Positions 38,301 to 47,710 of a stretch of 64,000 nt of DNA are shown here, one piece after another. Position 1 is the first letter of the stretch; each line of letters opens with the position of its first letter. Origin of the DNA: Leptospira sp. (GTDB lineage: Bacteria; Spirochaetota; Leptospiria; Leptospirales; Leptospiraceae); the NCBI GenBank assembly GCA_034439575.1, contig JAWXAQ010000002.1, forward strand, positions 96,001 through 160,000. The letters are read 5' to 3'. The notes beneath the pieces are model-generated. The model made no database searches, was not told where the DNA came from, and saw nothing but the letters and a program-made list of their open reading frames with translations. Position numbers and translations under genes: made by a program.

Positions 38301-38459
38301 CGATTGCACTCTACTGTAACAGCAGATAAAATCATTGTCATGGATCATGGTAAAATTGTAGAAGTGGGGAGTCATTCTGAGTTAATTAATGCCAAGGGTT
38401 TTTATTATCAATTATTTCCAACCAATGAGGTAAATCAAAATGAATCTGAAAAAATTTAA
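35385..38459 (+). CDS. Type I secretion ABC transporter: 2 cNMP-binding domains, C39-like domain, TMD, NBD
   Basis: GDILGEIAIF...RLASA; VGLAC; GRSGSGKS, LSGGQ, ILFLDEPTSALD, SHRL; TTG start overlapping the upstream stop. Confidence 0.9.
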   Translation: MNPEIVRHAENIKKVFKNNYLFADLQAQELEEIYPFLEIKVFRAGQSIIKAGQGTKFIHFVLSGKIGIRSADKDGSQKLLGQLVKGESIGERLSLTGKTSGQNYFALEPLVLVILPVTSFRKIINKFPYIEDRAKHREEEQEKFHSVRKLSFFQELDPEEIRSVLKVIETISCDTNEYLFHEGDEGNAAYIIKTGKIHIRTENPKKLISIMKPGDILGEIAIFRKQKRLASALAAEPSIVYKIPGESIKKLLGESKGGKLEEIVQARLLRYSTYKAKEKEEETLKPFESKRFTLRQGVNQIIVDEVTTESPMLVGLACAEIALRNYDKPLPPNWKIRIKNELSRNRMPGIFELAIELEKIGFLTKQLRIRPSQLEDVNFPFFVTDEENIPTAIYAIDEDEGGVLLSHPLKGIIEMDLKTFLLSWDGIILTFIPSPPAMMADTGLFSFVKEMRSLFRPHQSELRWIFSTTLISAILALSFPYFLREVVDKVLVFSDHNFLFTLSAGVGISIIFQGFFSLFRNLLMMGVMQRLEYTFLVRFFQHILRLSLPEFKKFEPSDYTQRLKENQKILEMASRAGVSLLLDIVILPIFLTVLLVSDFQLTLIGVTFLILYALIVVRVSAKIRALSEHTFESKRKTVSFLLSLISGISIIKTSTQETMYLLKGMNEISRTLLSVFRVNKRTNFLQFMGKFFEQIGTLAVMGFGISSVLEEKITLGTYLGFQVLFGLLIEPIIRICRIYDDILEMRESRKRLMEIYSLPGEVNSIRPFGELPRLAGKIRLENVSFRYQDSEPEVISNINIEILAGEKVSIVGRSGSGKSTLLRLMMGTLTPIEGKVLIDSFDLSTLDPEELRIQFGVVEQTAVLFSGTIAENLCKKNPSLSREAMLAGAKLAAVDRFVDRFPFGYETKLGEGGIGLSGGQKQRLTIARALVTNPAILFLDEPTSALDAESESFVQSQWESMFIDRTVVQVSHRLHSTVTADKIIVMDHGKIVEVGSHSELINAKGFYYQLFPTNEVNQNESEKI

Positions 38460-39540
38460 ATCTTTACGTGAATCAGATTCAAATTGGGAGTCCATGCATT
38501 CATCATCATATTATGATGAACTACTAAAGCATCCAGCTCCAAATTGGAATCAGAGAGGTATATTCTTAATCACTTTCTTTTTTCTTATATTTCTAGTATA
38601 TTTAATTTTCGGAAAGGTAGATATCATTATTCCTTCCTTTGGAACCTTGCGTCCAAAAGGAAATTATTATGTGGCTGAAGCTTTAGAGACGGGAACAGTC
38701 ACGAATATTTATGCAAAACCAGGTGATTTTATCAAAAAAGGAGAACCTCTAGTAGAACTCGAATTTTCAGAACAACAAATTGAGTTATCTAAAGACTCGA
38801 ACAATTTGCAATATGAGGAAGTTCGTCTGCGAAGGTTAATTCAAAACAGAAGAGAAGCAGAAAAAATATTAAAGAACTTAGATTCTAACTTAGAAACGAA
38901 TCCTGGATCTGAATTATCAGGTATGTTATTAAATAAGTTTGTATCTTTAAAAAAAGCCTATATGGATTTCAAAAATGGCATAGGGGCAAAATTTTTATAT
39001 GATCAAAGTTTATTGGAATTCAACGAAGAATATATAAATCTAAAAGATGAAATTTTAAAAGAACAAAATACTATTTCTAGTCTTAAGGGAGATACTAAGT
39101 TAAAAAGAGAGCGCGTTGATAATGCAATATTACGTATGCCTTTTTCTGGTTATGTGGGAGCCTTACTTGTAAATAATATAGGACAAAATGTAACGAGAGG
39201 TCAAACCTTGGCTGAGTTAGTTGAAGAAAATCAACCTTTAGAAGCTTTCGTAGAAATTAAAAATAAAGATATTGGAAGTATCAGAGTGGGAATGGATGCG
39301 ATCATTAAAATTAGAGCATTCCATCAAAACGATTTCGGAGTGTTGGATGGCAAAGTGGAACAAATTGTACCAAATGTCAAAGAAAAGGATACTTTTTCAG
39401 TTGTATTATCTATCAAGGAACAATCACTCAAACAAAATAATGAAGAGTTTCATCTATTTCCAGGATTAAAAGTAGAGGCAGATATCATAACCAATCGTAG
39501 TCGTCTATTTGAAGTTTTGTTCTTCCGAGCTAAAATATAA
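38440..39540 (+). CDS. HlyD family membrane fusion protein
   Basis: Single TM, G-x-V..GDFIKKGEPL, coiled coil, RMPFSGYV, PGLKVEADIIT. Confidence 0.92.
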   Translation: MNLKKFKSLRESDSNWESMHSSSYYDELLKHPAPNWNQRGIFLITFFFLIFLVYLIFGKVDIIIPSFGTLRPKGNYYVAEALETGTVTNIYAKPGDFIKKGEPLVELEFSEQQIELSKDSNNLQYEEVRLRRLIQNRREAEKILKNLDSNLETNPGSELSGMLLNKFVSLKKAYMDFKNGIGAKFLYDQSLLEFNEEYINLKDEILKEQNTISSLKGDTKLKRERVDNAILRMPFSGYVGALLVNNIGQNVTRGQTLAELVEENQPLEAFVEIKNKDIGSIRVGMDAIIKIRAFHQNDFGVLDGKVEQIVPNVKEKDTFSVVLSIKEQSLKQNNEEFHLFPGLKVEADIITNRSRLFEVLFFRAKI

Positions 39541-39548
39541 ATATTCCT

Positions 39549-42500
39549 ATGGAAAGTATTAGCGATGCTTTAAAAAAAGAATTACTTCAAGAAGATATTA
39601 TTAATCATCTTACTTCAGAAGAATTTAAAACGTTCATAGAATTATTTAAACAAAGAACACTTACCACTAACGAAAGAATTGAAAGCAAAGGAACTTCATC
39701 AGTTCCACTACTTCTTGTTATGTCTGGTAGAATTCAAATTCATTTTCACCAAAATAATAGTGACCTATTCGTAAAATCTTTAACTGAAGGGCAATTTTAC
39801 GGAATCAGTGAGCTTGCTCTTGGATTATTAAATAGTATAACCTTTATTGCAGATGAAAACAGTAGTCTATTATTAATTCCTCAGGATCAATTGTTAGCTT
39901 TCTTTGAAGCTACTCATCATCGTAAAAAGATATGGAATGAGTTTATTGATAATGTAAAATTACGAGATGAACTGAGAATACATCCCTTTTTTAGAAAATT
40001 GGCAAAACACGAATTAGTTGAATTATCGCATTTGGTAATTAAAAGAAATATTTCAAAGGGCAAAGTTTTAATCAAGGAAGGAAGTAAATCAGATTCTTTG
40101 TTTTTTGTTTATTCTGGAAAATTTAAAATTACTAAATCGACTTGGTCGGATAATTTTTTTTCGTTTGTGGAATCAGGTTCAGTGATCGGAGAAATGGGTG
40201 TTATCGAACGCAAAGAAAGAAATGCCACAGTCACCGCAGAAGTGGAAAGTATTGTTTATGAGTTAACAGCGAAAGATGCAGAAACTTTTTTTAAAAAATC
40301 CGAAAGTCTATTTGTTACTCTAAAATCTTTAACTACTAGTAGAAAAATAAATCATGAAGAAAAAGAATCGGAAGAATCTATTACTCACGAATCAGATGAT
40401 TTTTTTGAAGATATCTTACATTTTTTACCTGAAAGTAGTTTCCCTCCGAAAATAAAAAATATTAAATCTTTTCCCATTTTTATTGAAGATTCAAGTGACC
40501 AAACTGCATTTGCTTGTCGCCAAATGTTGTTAGCTTATTGGGGTTATGATAAAAAATTGGAAACCGATGATAATAATTTTCCAAAAACGGATTGGGAAGT
40601 TTCGATGCAACATTGGAAGGATACTTTTTCTGATATAGGACAAACATTGGTCATAGATTTGCTTCGATTTCGAAAGGAACTCGAAAGACGCATATATATA
40701 GTTAGGTGGGAGACGAATAAGTTTGTTATAGTATTGCCCAAAAAAGATAATACTATAAAAATTATAGATCCTTCAACTGGATTCAAAGAAATAACAGAAA
40801 GTGAATGGAATGTAAAGACCGGAAAACATGCTGTTTTATTTATTCCAAAAATAAAACCAAAAATTAACTTAATTCCGTCCTTTGATTATTTTCCTGGTTT
40901 ATATCCGTTTTTTAAACAATATTTGCCGTTTTTATACTCAGGCATACTTGCTACATTTCTAATCAAAGCTTTAGAGATCACTCTTCCTTTAATCAATTTA
41001 TATTTAATTGATAATGTGTTAATCAGAGAAAAACAAGATTTTTTTTATCCCATACTTATTAGTGTAGCAACAATTAGTATTTCTCAAATTGTTCTTTCGT
41101 ATTTTAGAAGTAATGTGGTGAATTTTTCAACAACTAGGGTTAATCAAGCAATAATTATAAGATTCTTAGAAAAACTTTTGTCATTGCCTCTCACTTATTT
41201 TGAAAATCATCGCAAAGGGGAAATATTACAAAGATGGGACGAAATCGAAGGGGTAACGAATTTTTTTTCTGAACAAGGTACATTGAAATTTTTGGATTGG
41301 ATTTTTGGACTTATTGTATTTTTGATTTTTCTTTTTTTATCACCAATACTACTGAGTGTGATCATATTTTTTCTTATACCCGAAATTTATATTGTTTCTC
41401 GATTGAGTCCATTAATAGAAAGAGAAACCAAAAAAGAATCGTTACGATCAGCCGATACATTGAGTTATTTTATAGAGACTATCAACGGAAATGAAACCGT
41501 GAAAAACTTAGGATCTGTTTCTGTCCAACGTTGGGATTTTGAAAAACGATTAACATCTCAATTAAATGCAGAAGGCAAGAGAATGTTTTATACTAATATT
41601 CTCGATTCATCTTCACTTACATTTAAACTTCTAACAAACGTAAGCATTTTGGTATTAGGAACATTTTTAATTTTTCAAAATCAAATTACTTTAGGAACCT
41701 TATTTGGAATCATCGGTTTGATTGCTTACGTTAGATCTCCTATGATTTCGCTAGTACAAGATGGAGTACGATACCAAAAAGCAAAACTAGCCTGGAAACG
41801 ACTTATGGATTGGGAAAAATTGGATTCGGAATATACTTCCCAGTCAAAGATCAGTAAAGTTGAAATTCCAGACATACAAGGTGATTTAGTTTTAAAAGAT
41901 GTTTCATTTAGTTACAAAATTGGAAAACGAAACTTCGAAATACTTAAGTTAAACGTTAAATTTGAAACTGGCAAAAAATACGCTTTTGTTGGTCGAAGTG
42001 GTAGTGGAAAATCTAGCATTGTAAAATTAATCTTAGGTTTATACGAAAGAAGTGATGGAGATATATTGTTAGATGGTGTTTCTATGGAAGAAATTTGGTT
42101 ACCTTCATTTAGGAACCGAGTTGGAGTTTTATTCCAAGAAAATCCAATTCTCCTTGGGACGATTAGAGAAAATATTACACTGGCCCGACCAGATTCGACT
42201 TTATCCGAAGTAGTTGAAGCATCCAAGTTGGCATTGTTTCATGAAGATGTCATTGCATTACCGTTAGGTTATGATACCGAGCTTAGCGAAAAAGGAGTCA
42301 TTCTTTCAGCTGGCCAAAAACAAAAATTAGCTTTTGCTAGGTTATTTTTGCAGAAGCCATCGCTTTTGGTTTTGGATGAGCCAACTTCATCGATGGATAG
42401 TGAATCTGAAGCAAAAATATTTTCAAATTTGCATCGTGTCTTTTCGGATAAAACAATCATCACAGTGGCGCACAGGTTAGAAACCGTTAGAAGATATGAT

Positions 42501-42614
42501 CAGATTTTTGTTATGGAACATGGAAAATTGGAAGAAAGAGGAACACATAAAGAATTAATCAATACAAAAGGAATTTATCATTTGCTTCATTCTAAGCAAG
42601 AGGCGATCCGATAA
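39549..42614 (+). CDS. Second type I secretion ABC transporter: 2 cNMP-binding domains, C39-like domain, TMD, NBD
   Basis: GSVIGEMGVI...RNATVTA; TAFACRQMLLAYWG; GRSGSGKS, LSAGQ, LLVLDEPTS, AHRL. Confidence 0.9.
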   Translation: MESISDALKKELLQEDIINHLTSEEFKTFIELFKQRTLTTNERIESKGTSSVPLLLVMSGRIQIHFHQNNSDLFVKSLTEGQFYGISELALGLLNSITFIADENSSLLLIPQDQLLAFFEATHHRKKIWNEFIDNVKLRDELRIHPFFRKLAKHELVELSHLVIKRNISKGKVLIKEGSKSDSLFFVYSGKFKITKSTWSDNFFSFVESGSVIGEMGVIERKERNATVTAEVESIVYELTAKDAETFFKKSESLFVTLKSLTTSRKINHEEKESEESITHESDDFFEDILHFLPESSFPPKIKNIKSFPIFIEDSSDQTAFACRQMLLAYWGYDKKLETDDNNFPKTDWEVSMQHWKDTFSDIGQTLVIDLLRFRKELERRIYIVRWETNKFVIVLPKKDNTIKIIDPSTGFKEITESEWNVKTGKHAVLFIPKIKPKINLIPSFDYFPGLYPFFKQYLPFLYSGILATFLIKALEITLPLINLYLIDNVLIREKQDFFYPILISVATISISQIVLSYFRSNVVNFSTTRVNQAIIIRFLEKLLSLPLTYFENHRKGEILQRWDEIEGVTNFFSEQGTLKFLDWIFGLIVFLIFLFLSPILLSVIIFFLIPEIYIVSRLSPLIERETKKESLRSADTLSYFIETINGNETVKNLGSVSVQRWDFEKRLTSQLNAEGKRMFYTNILDSSSLTFKLLTNVSILVLGTFLIFQNQITLGTLFGIIGLIAYVRSPMISLVQDGVRYQKAKLAWKRLMDWEKLDSEYTSQSKISKVEIPDIQGDLVLKDVSFSYKIGKRNFEILKLNVKFETGKKYAFVGRSGSGKSSIVKLILGLYERSDGDILLDGVSMEEIWLPSFRNRVGVLFQENPILLGTIRENITLARPDSTLSEVVEASKLALFHEDVIALPLGYDTELSEKGVILSAGQKQKLAFARLFLQKPSLLVLDEPTSSMDSESEAKIFSNLHRVFSDKTIITVAHRLETVRRYDQIFVMEHGKLEERGTHKELINTKGIYHLLHSKQEAIR

Positions 42615-42625
42615 TAAAAATAGGT

Positions 42626-43975
42626 ATGCTTACCATTCTTAGAATCATCCTGATTTGCAATTTGTTTTCAATGACGCAACTCATGGCTGAGTCTGTTGAT
42701 TTCTATGATTTACCGAAAATTGTGGGAGAGAAATCCTATCAGCTTAAATTAAAAGAAATTGAGATTCAAAAAAAGAAAATTGATATGGATACCCGAAACA
42801 TTCGGTATCTCCCTACGATGGATTTTGAACATTCCCCTTTTTTTGAAAAATTACCATCTGAAGGCTTTGATAGAAAAGGTTTATATTCATCTTTAAATTT
42901 AAATTGGAATTTCCAAGAACAAGGAAATGTATTTTTAACGAATCTAATTATGGAATTAGAATATGAAAGAATACTATTGGAATACAAGGCATTATATCAA
43001 AAAGAAATATTTGACCAAGCGTTCCAATATTGTGAGACACTTAAACTTTTAGCATTTTACGATTATGACTTTTCGAATGAATCGGATGCAGAAAAACAAT
43101 ACCAAACTATACAAAAATTATACAAACAAGGCATAGAATCATATCTTGTTACCCAAAACTCTAAAGTAGATTATTTGTTTTATAAATACAATGCAATTAA
43201 ATCAAAGTTAGATCAACAGAAAAGTCAATCTCTCTTCCGTAGAAAATTTTTATTGAAAGATGTGACTCTTAAAGATATTCCAGAAAAAGAATTCTCTGTT
43301 TTGCCTGTGAATGAAACAATGTCGAATTATGAAAAAAATCTTTCAGCTATAAACTTTGATATAGTACTTTCTATTAACCAAGTCAAAATCCTCGAAGTGG
43401 AAAAGCAGGTTCGGTTTAATGAATTGTGGGTTCCTGATTTTTTTGTAAATTTGTATAACAATAATTCCAAACAAACAATCTCTGGTATCAATGGAAGTTT
43501 TTCACAGTCAGAATATCTTTATGATTATTCTAGAAATGATTTTTCTTTATATGCAAAAAATCCAGATTCTTTTTCATCAACTGGTGCAAGTTTTGGAATT
43601 CGTGTCCCTTTATTTGATAGATGGATTTCTAAAAATGAATTTGATAAATCAAAAATTGAAATTAAATTTGCAAAGTCGCAGTCTGAATTTTTAAGAGAAA
43701 ATACTGCATTATTTTTATACGAATTGCTACAACAACATAATAATCTGATCGAATTATACAATATTTCGTTAGAGAGTAAAAAGACAGCAGATGAAAATTT
43801 TCAAATAATGGAAAGGGCATATAAAACTGGCTCTGCATCTATCGTAGAATTGCAGACTGTTGATAGACGTCAAAGAGAGGTTATGCGAAGTGCAATCCAG
43901 AATCGATATGATCTGATACAGTTGCGTTTACAAATCGGTCTCCTCCTTGGAGATACGATGAAGTTTTTAAATTAA
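42626..43975 (+). CDS. TolC family outer-membrane channel
   Basis: Signal peptide; two repeats with YLPT/WVPD, LYKQG/AYKTG, VPLFD; last gene of the ABC-HlyD-ABC run. Confidence 0.8.
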   Translation: MLTILRIILICNLFSMTQLMAESVDFYDLPKIVGEKSYQLKLKEIEIQKKKIDMDTRNIRYLPTMDFEHSPFFEKLPSEGFDRKGLYSSLNLNWNFQEQGNVFLTNLIMELEYERILLEYKALYQKEIFDQAFQYCETLKLLAFYDYDFSNESDAEKQYQTIQKLYKQGIESYLVTQNSKVDYLFYKYNAIKSKLDQQKSQSLFRRKFLLKDVTLKDIPEKEFSVLPVNETMSNYEKNLSAINFDIVLSINQVKILEVEKQVRFNELWVPDFFVNLYNNNSKQTISGINGSFSQSEYLYDYSRNDFSLYAKNPDSFSSTGASFGIRVPLFDRWISKNEFDKSKIEIKFAKSQSEFLRENTALFLYELLQQHNNLIELYNISLESKKTADENFQIMERAYKTGSASIVELQTVDRRQREVMRSAIQNRYDLIQLRLQIGLLLGDTMKFLN

Positions 43976-43978
43976 GTA

Positions 43979-44749
43979 TTACTTTTGATTTGTTTCTAGA
44001 TTATTATTTTTAATAATAATATTTTTGTTTTTTTCGGTATCAAAAATAATTTGGTATCCATTTTCAATTTTGTTTAATTGGAAATAATGAGCTATTGATT
44101 TTCCGCATATATCAATGATCGAAATTTCATTTAATATATCTGGAGAATTTGAAAGTAATGATATATTGTGATGAAATTTTATTTGAGCACAGTTTTTATG
44201 ATATGGAAAAATTGTTTGTAACATATCTTTAATTAGTTTTTCATTATATTCGATTCTGGGTCTACGAAATTCCTCAGGAAAAAGTCCAGTTTCAAATTTT
44301 CCGATGATAAATATTGTTCCATAGAAATCTATTAATTTTCCATTTCCATGAAATAATCCATTTTGATAATTTCCTTCATATCGTACACCGTCAGGGAAAA
44401 TTTCTATTCCAAAACCATTGGGCATTCCATTTTCAAAAATGCCTTCAAAAGATCTGCCGTCGCGTAAGGTGGAAGTACATTTTCCTTCTGCTTTCCCATC
44501 TCGCCATGTCCCAACAATTTTTTTACCTAGACTAGATGTCATTTCACCGTATCCATTTGGTATTCTATTTTTTAACATACCCTTGAATGTAGAACCATCA
44601 GAATAAGAAATAACTCCTTCTCCATTTTCACATTCACCTAAAATACAATTTGGAATATCTTGACTAAAAACATTTCCAGATATTAATATATAACATATAA
44701 TAAGTGTTATATGGCATTTTATTATTTTATGATTCAAATAATTAAACAT
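43979..44749 (-). CDS. Exported MORN-repeat protein
   Basis: CILGECENGEG, then repeats such as DGVRYEGNYQNGLFHGNG. Confidence 0.85.
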   Translation of the reverse strand: MFNYLNHKIIKCHITLIICYILISGNVFSQDIPNCILGECENGEGVISYSDGSTFKGMLKNRIPNGYGEMTSSLGKKIVGTWRDGKAEGKCTSTLRDGRSFEGIFENGMPNGFGIEIFPDGVRYEGNYQNGLFHGNGKLIDFYGTIFIIGKFETGLFPEEFRRPRIEYNEKLIKDMLQTIFPYHKNCAQIKFHHNISLLSNSPDILNEISIIDICGKSIAHYFQLNKIENGYQIIFDTEKNKNIIIKNNNLETNQK

Positions 44750-44756
44750 TCAATAT

Positions 44757-46316
44757 TTAATTTCTTTCATTTTCACAAATGGCTTTTGCCACTTTGATTC
44801 CGTCCATTGCCGCTGAAACGATTCCCCCAGCGTAACCTGCACCTTCCCCACAAGGATAAAGACCTTTGATTTGGATATGCTCACAAGATTCAGAATCGCG
44901 TGGTATTTTTATGGGCGACGATGTTCTAGTTTCTGGAGCATGTACAACAGCTTCATTGGTAAGAAAGCCTTTCATGTTTTTATCAAATTCTTTAAAACCA
45001 CGAACAAGCGATTGGTGAATGACTTGTGGAAGAATTTCAATTAGATTACTGCTGATAATTCCTGGGGAGTAAGAGGTTTTTGGAAGGTTTGAAGAAATTT
45101 TATTATTTACAAAGTCAACTAACCTTTGTGCAGGTGCCGTTTGAGTTTTACCTCCTGCGACCCAAGCCTTTATTTCAATATCTTTTTGATAATACATGGC
45201 CGCAAGGGGTCCAGAATTTGAAAACTGACCAAAGTCACTTTCACGTAATTCGACAACTATACCAGAGTTAGCTGTTGGTCTTGCTCTTTCAGAAGAAGAC
45301 CAACCATTTGTAACTATTTCACCAGGAGATGTGGCGCAAGGCGCGATGACACCGCCTGGACACATACAAAAAGAGTAAACACCTCGATCATTAATTTGTT
45401 TAACTAAACTGTACGGTGACGGTGGTAAATAGGGATTTCTCACATCACATTTGTATTGTATCGAATCAATGAGAGTTTGTGGATGTTCTACCCTAACACC
45501 TATAGCAATGGGTTTAAGTTCAATAGATATTTTTTTGTCAACTAATAGCTGAAAGATATCCCTTGCTGAATGGCCTGTAGCCAAAATGATTTTATTACTC
45601 TCAATGATTTCACCTGTTTTTACTCGCACGCCTTTAACAGAAGAATCATTAATAATTAAATCAATGACTCTTGAGTTGAAGTGAATTTCACCACCGCAAG
45701 AAATAATGTATTCTCTAATTTTTCGAATGATATCAGGAAGTTTGTTTGTACCGATATGAGGATGGGCTTCCACTAAAATCTCAGGTGTCGCACCAAATGT
45801 CACTAAGAGATTTAGAACCTCATTTACATTTCCTCGCTTTTTTGATCTTGTATATAACTTTCCATCAGAGTAAGTACCAGCGCCGCCTTCCCCAAAACAA
45901 TAGTTAGAGTCTTCATTAACAATGTGATGTACGTTAATTCCCCTTAGGTCATTAATTCTTTCTTTAACATCCTTTCCTCTTTCAAGGATAATTGGTTTTT
46001 TACCCTGATGAATTAATTCCAATGCAGAAAATAGTCCAGCGGGACCAGCCCCGATGATTAAGATAGCTTCCTTTGCACTGACAGATTTAGTAATAGGGAC
46101 TTGAATCGGAGTTGGTATATATTCTTCATCTAAATATATAACAACAGTTAAATTTATAAAAACTATTTTTTGTCTAGCATCAATAGATTTATGAATGGTT
46201 TGAATATGTTTAATTTTAGAAATATTTATTTTTTCAGATTTAGAAACGTACTTTTTTAATACCTCGTATTGCCCTGCGATTTCTGGGAGTACTCGGAGTT
46301 GAAGCTCTTTTCTCAT
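44757..46316 (-). CDS. NAD(P)/FAD-dependent oxidoreductase (uncharacterised FAD dehydrogenase family)
   Basis: GAGPAGLF, FGEGGAGTYSDGKL, LATGHSARD, SFCMCPGG, PCGEGAGYAGGIVSAAMDG. Confidence 0.92.
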   Translation of the reverse strand: MRKELQLRVLPEIAGQYEVLKKYVSKSEKINISKIKHIQTIHKSIDARQKIVFINLTVVIYLDEEYIPTPIQVPITKSVSAKEAILIIGAGPAGLFSALELIHQGKKPIILERGKDVKERINDLRGINVHHIVNEDSNYCFGEGGAGTYSDGKLYTRSKKRGNVNEVLNLLVTFGATPEILVEAHPHIGTNKLPDIIRKIREYIISCGGEIHFNSRVIDLIINDSSVKGVRVKTGEIIESNKIILATGHSARDIFQLLVDKKISIELKPIAIGVRVEHPQTLIDSIQYKCDVRNPYLPPSPYSLVKQINDRGVYSFCMCPGGVIAPCATSPGEIVTNGWSSSERARPTANSGIVVELRESDFGQFSNSGPLAAMYYQKDIEIKAWVAGGKTQTAPAQRLVDFVNNKISSNLPKTSYSPGIISSNLIEILPQVIHQSLVRGFKEFDKNMKGFLTNEAVVHAPETRTSSPIKIPRDSESCEHIQIKGLYPCGEGAGYAGGIVSAAMDGIKVAKAICENERN

Positions 46317-46383
46317 ACTTATAATGTCGGTTTAAATTTAATTTTTCTCCAAATTTCAAAAGTATTTCGAGTCTAAATAGGAT

Positions 46384-47100
46384 ATGAATCCTTTGGATAG
46401 AGCTAAATTCCAAATTCCAAGCCGTTTGCAAATGACAAGAGAGATTTTTGGAATCATCGATGCAGCAAAACTTATTTTTAATATACCAAAGTTACTAGAA
46501 ATACAAAAAGGGAATGGTCAGAGAATCATTGTCCTTCCTGGTTTTGCTACCGATGATATATTCACTTATCCATTGAGGAAATATTTAGAACAAATCGGTT
46601 ATGCACCTGAGGGATGGGGCTTAGGTCACAATCATGGCGACGTACCAGTGTTACTTGAAACTTTTAATAAGATACTTCGCACCAAGTATGCAGAAAAAAG
46701 TGAAAAAATCATTTTAGTAGGTTGGAGTCTTGGTGGTTATTTAGCTAGAGAATCTGCAAGAGATAATCAGGATTTAATAGAATGTGTGATAACATTGGGC
46801 TCGCCAATCATTGGAGGACCTAAGTACACTTCTATTGCAGATTTATATTCTAATCAGCATAAAATTGATATGGATGTTTTAGAAAAAGAAATCGACGAAA
46901 GATATAAAGTTCCATTAAATATTCCGCTTTATTCGATTTACTCAAAAAATGACAATGTTGTTAGTTGGGAAGCTTGTATTGATCATTATTCTCCCAATGT
47001 GATCAACCAAGAAATTGATTCTACACACATTGGCCTGATTGTGAATGCAGAGGCTTACTCTTTTATAGGAAAATTTCTTTCAACTATAAGAAAAAATTAA
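46384..47100 (+). CDS. Alpha/beta hydrolase (esterase/lipase)
   Basis: VLPGF, GWSLGG nucleophile elbow, D..V, THIGL. Confidence 0.88.
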   Translation: MNPLDRAKFQIPSRLQMTREIFGIIDAAKLIFNIPKLLEIQKGNGQRIIVLPGFATDDIFTYPLRKYLEQIGYAPEGWGLGHNHGDVPVLLETFNKILRTKYAEKSEKIILVGWSLGGYLARESARDNQDLIECVITLGSPIIGGPKYTSIADLYSNQHKIDMDVLEKEIDERYKVPLNIPLYSIYSKNDNVVSWEACIDHYSPNVINQEIDSTHIGLIVNAEAYSFIGKFLSTIRKN

Positions 47101-47110
47101 GAATTCTTTA

Positions 47111-47704
47111 TCACATAGAAACAAATCGTGGAATAGCTTCAACACGTTTGAACCAAGCTTTAATCGCAGGAAATTTTTCTAAATCAAAGCCACCTTCGTG
47201 GGCTACATGTGTATAAGCATATAGTGAGATATCTGCAACACTAAAGGAGTCACCTACGAAAAAAATTTCTTTCGTTAGTTGGTCTTCCATTACTGAGAGT
47301 GCTTTATAACCTCCAGATTGTTTTGATAGATATTCTTCTTTTCTGCTTTCTGGAATCCCTTGGTATTTTCGAATAAATCTAGCTACTGCAATGTACGGTT
47401 CATGACTATATTGCTCAAAGAACTGCCATTGCTGAGCTTTATAATATAAGAATCTGTCTTTTGGAAGTAAGTGAGAATCATGAGCTAGATAATTAATAAT
47501 CGCATTTGATTCCGATAAAATATTTCCATTATCTAATTCAATCAATGGAATTTTACCATTTGCATTTAAGGCTAAAAATTCTTTGGTTTTCGTTTCACCT
47601 TTCAAAATGTCTATTGGGACCCATTTATAAGGAATATCCATAAGGTGGCATGTTAATTTTACTTTATAACTGTTTCCTGAATGTTCATCGCCATATATTT
47701 TCAT
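47111..47704 (-). CDS. Glutathione S-transferase family protein
   Basis: SGNSYKV, NGKIP, LSESNAI, FFEQYSHEP, SVADISLYAYTH. Confidence 0.93.
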   Translation of the reverse strand: MKIYGDEHSGNSYKVKLTCHLMDIPYKWVPIDILKGETKTKEFLALNANGKIPLIELDNGNILSESNAIINYLAHDSHLLPKDRFLYYKAQQWQFFEQYSHEPYIAVARFIRKYQGIPESRKEEYLSKQSGGYKALSVMEDQLTKEIFFVGDSFSVADISLYAYTHVAHEGGFDLEKFPAIKAWFKRVEAIPRFVSM

Positions 47705-47710
47705 AATATT

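Noticed and set aside
35385-42614. Bacteriocin-processing (active C39 peptidase) exporter or RiPP cluster
   Set aside because: Catalytic Cys and His appear absent in both subunits, and no double-glycine precursor or modification enzymes are nearby.
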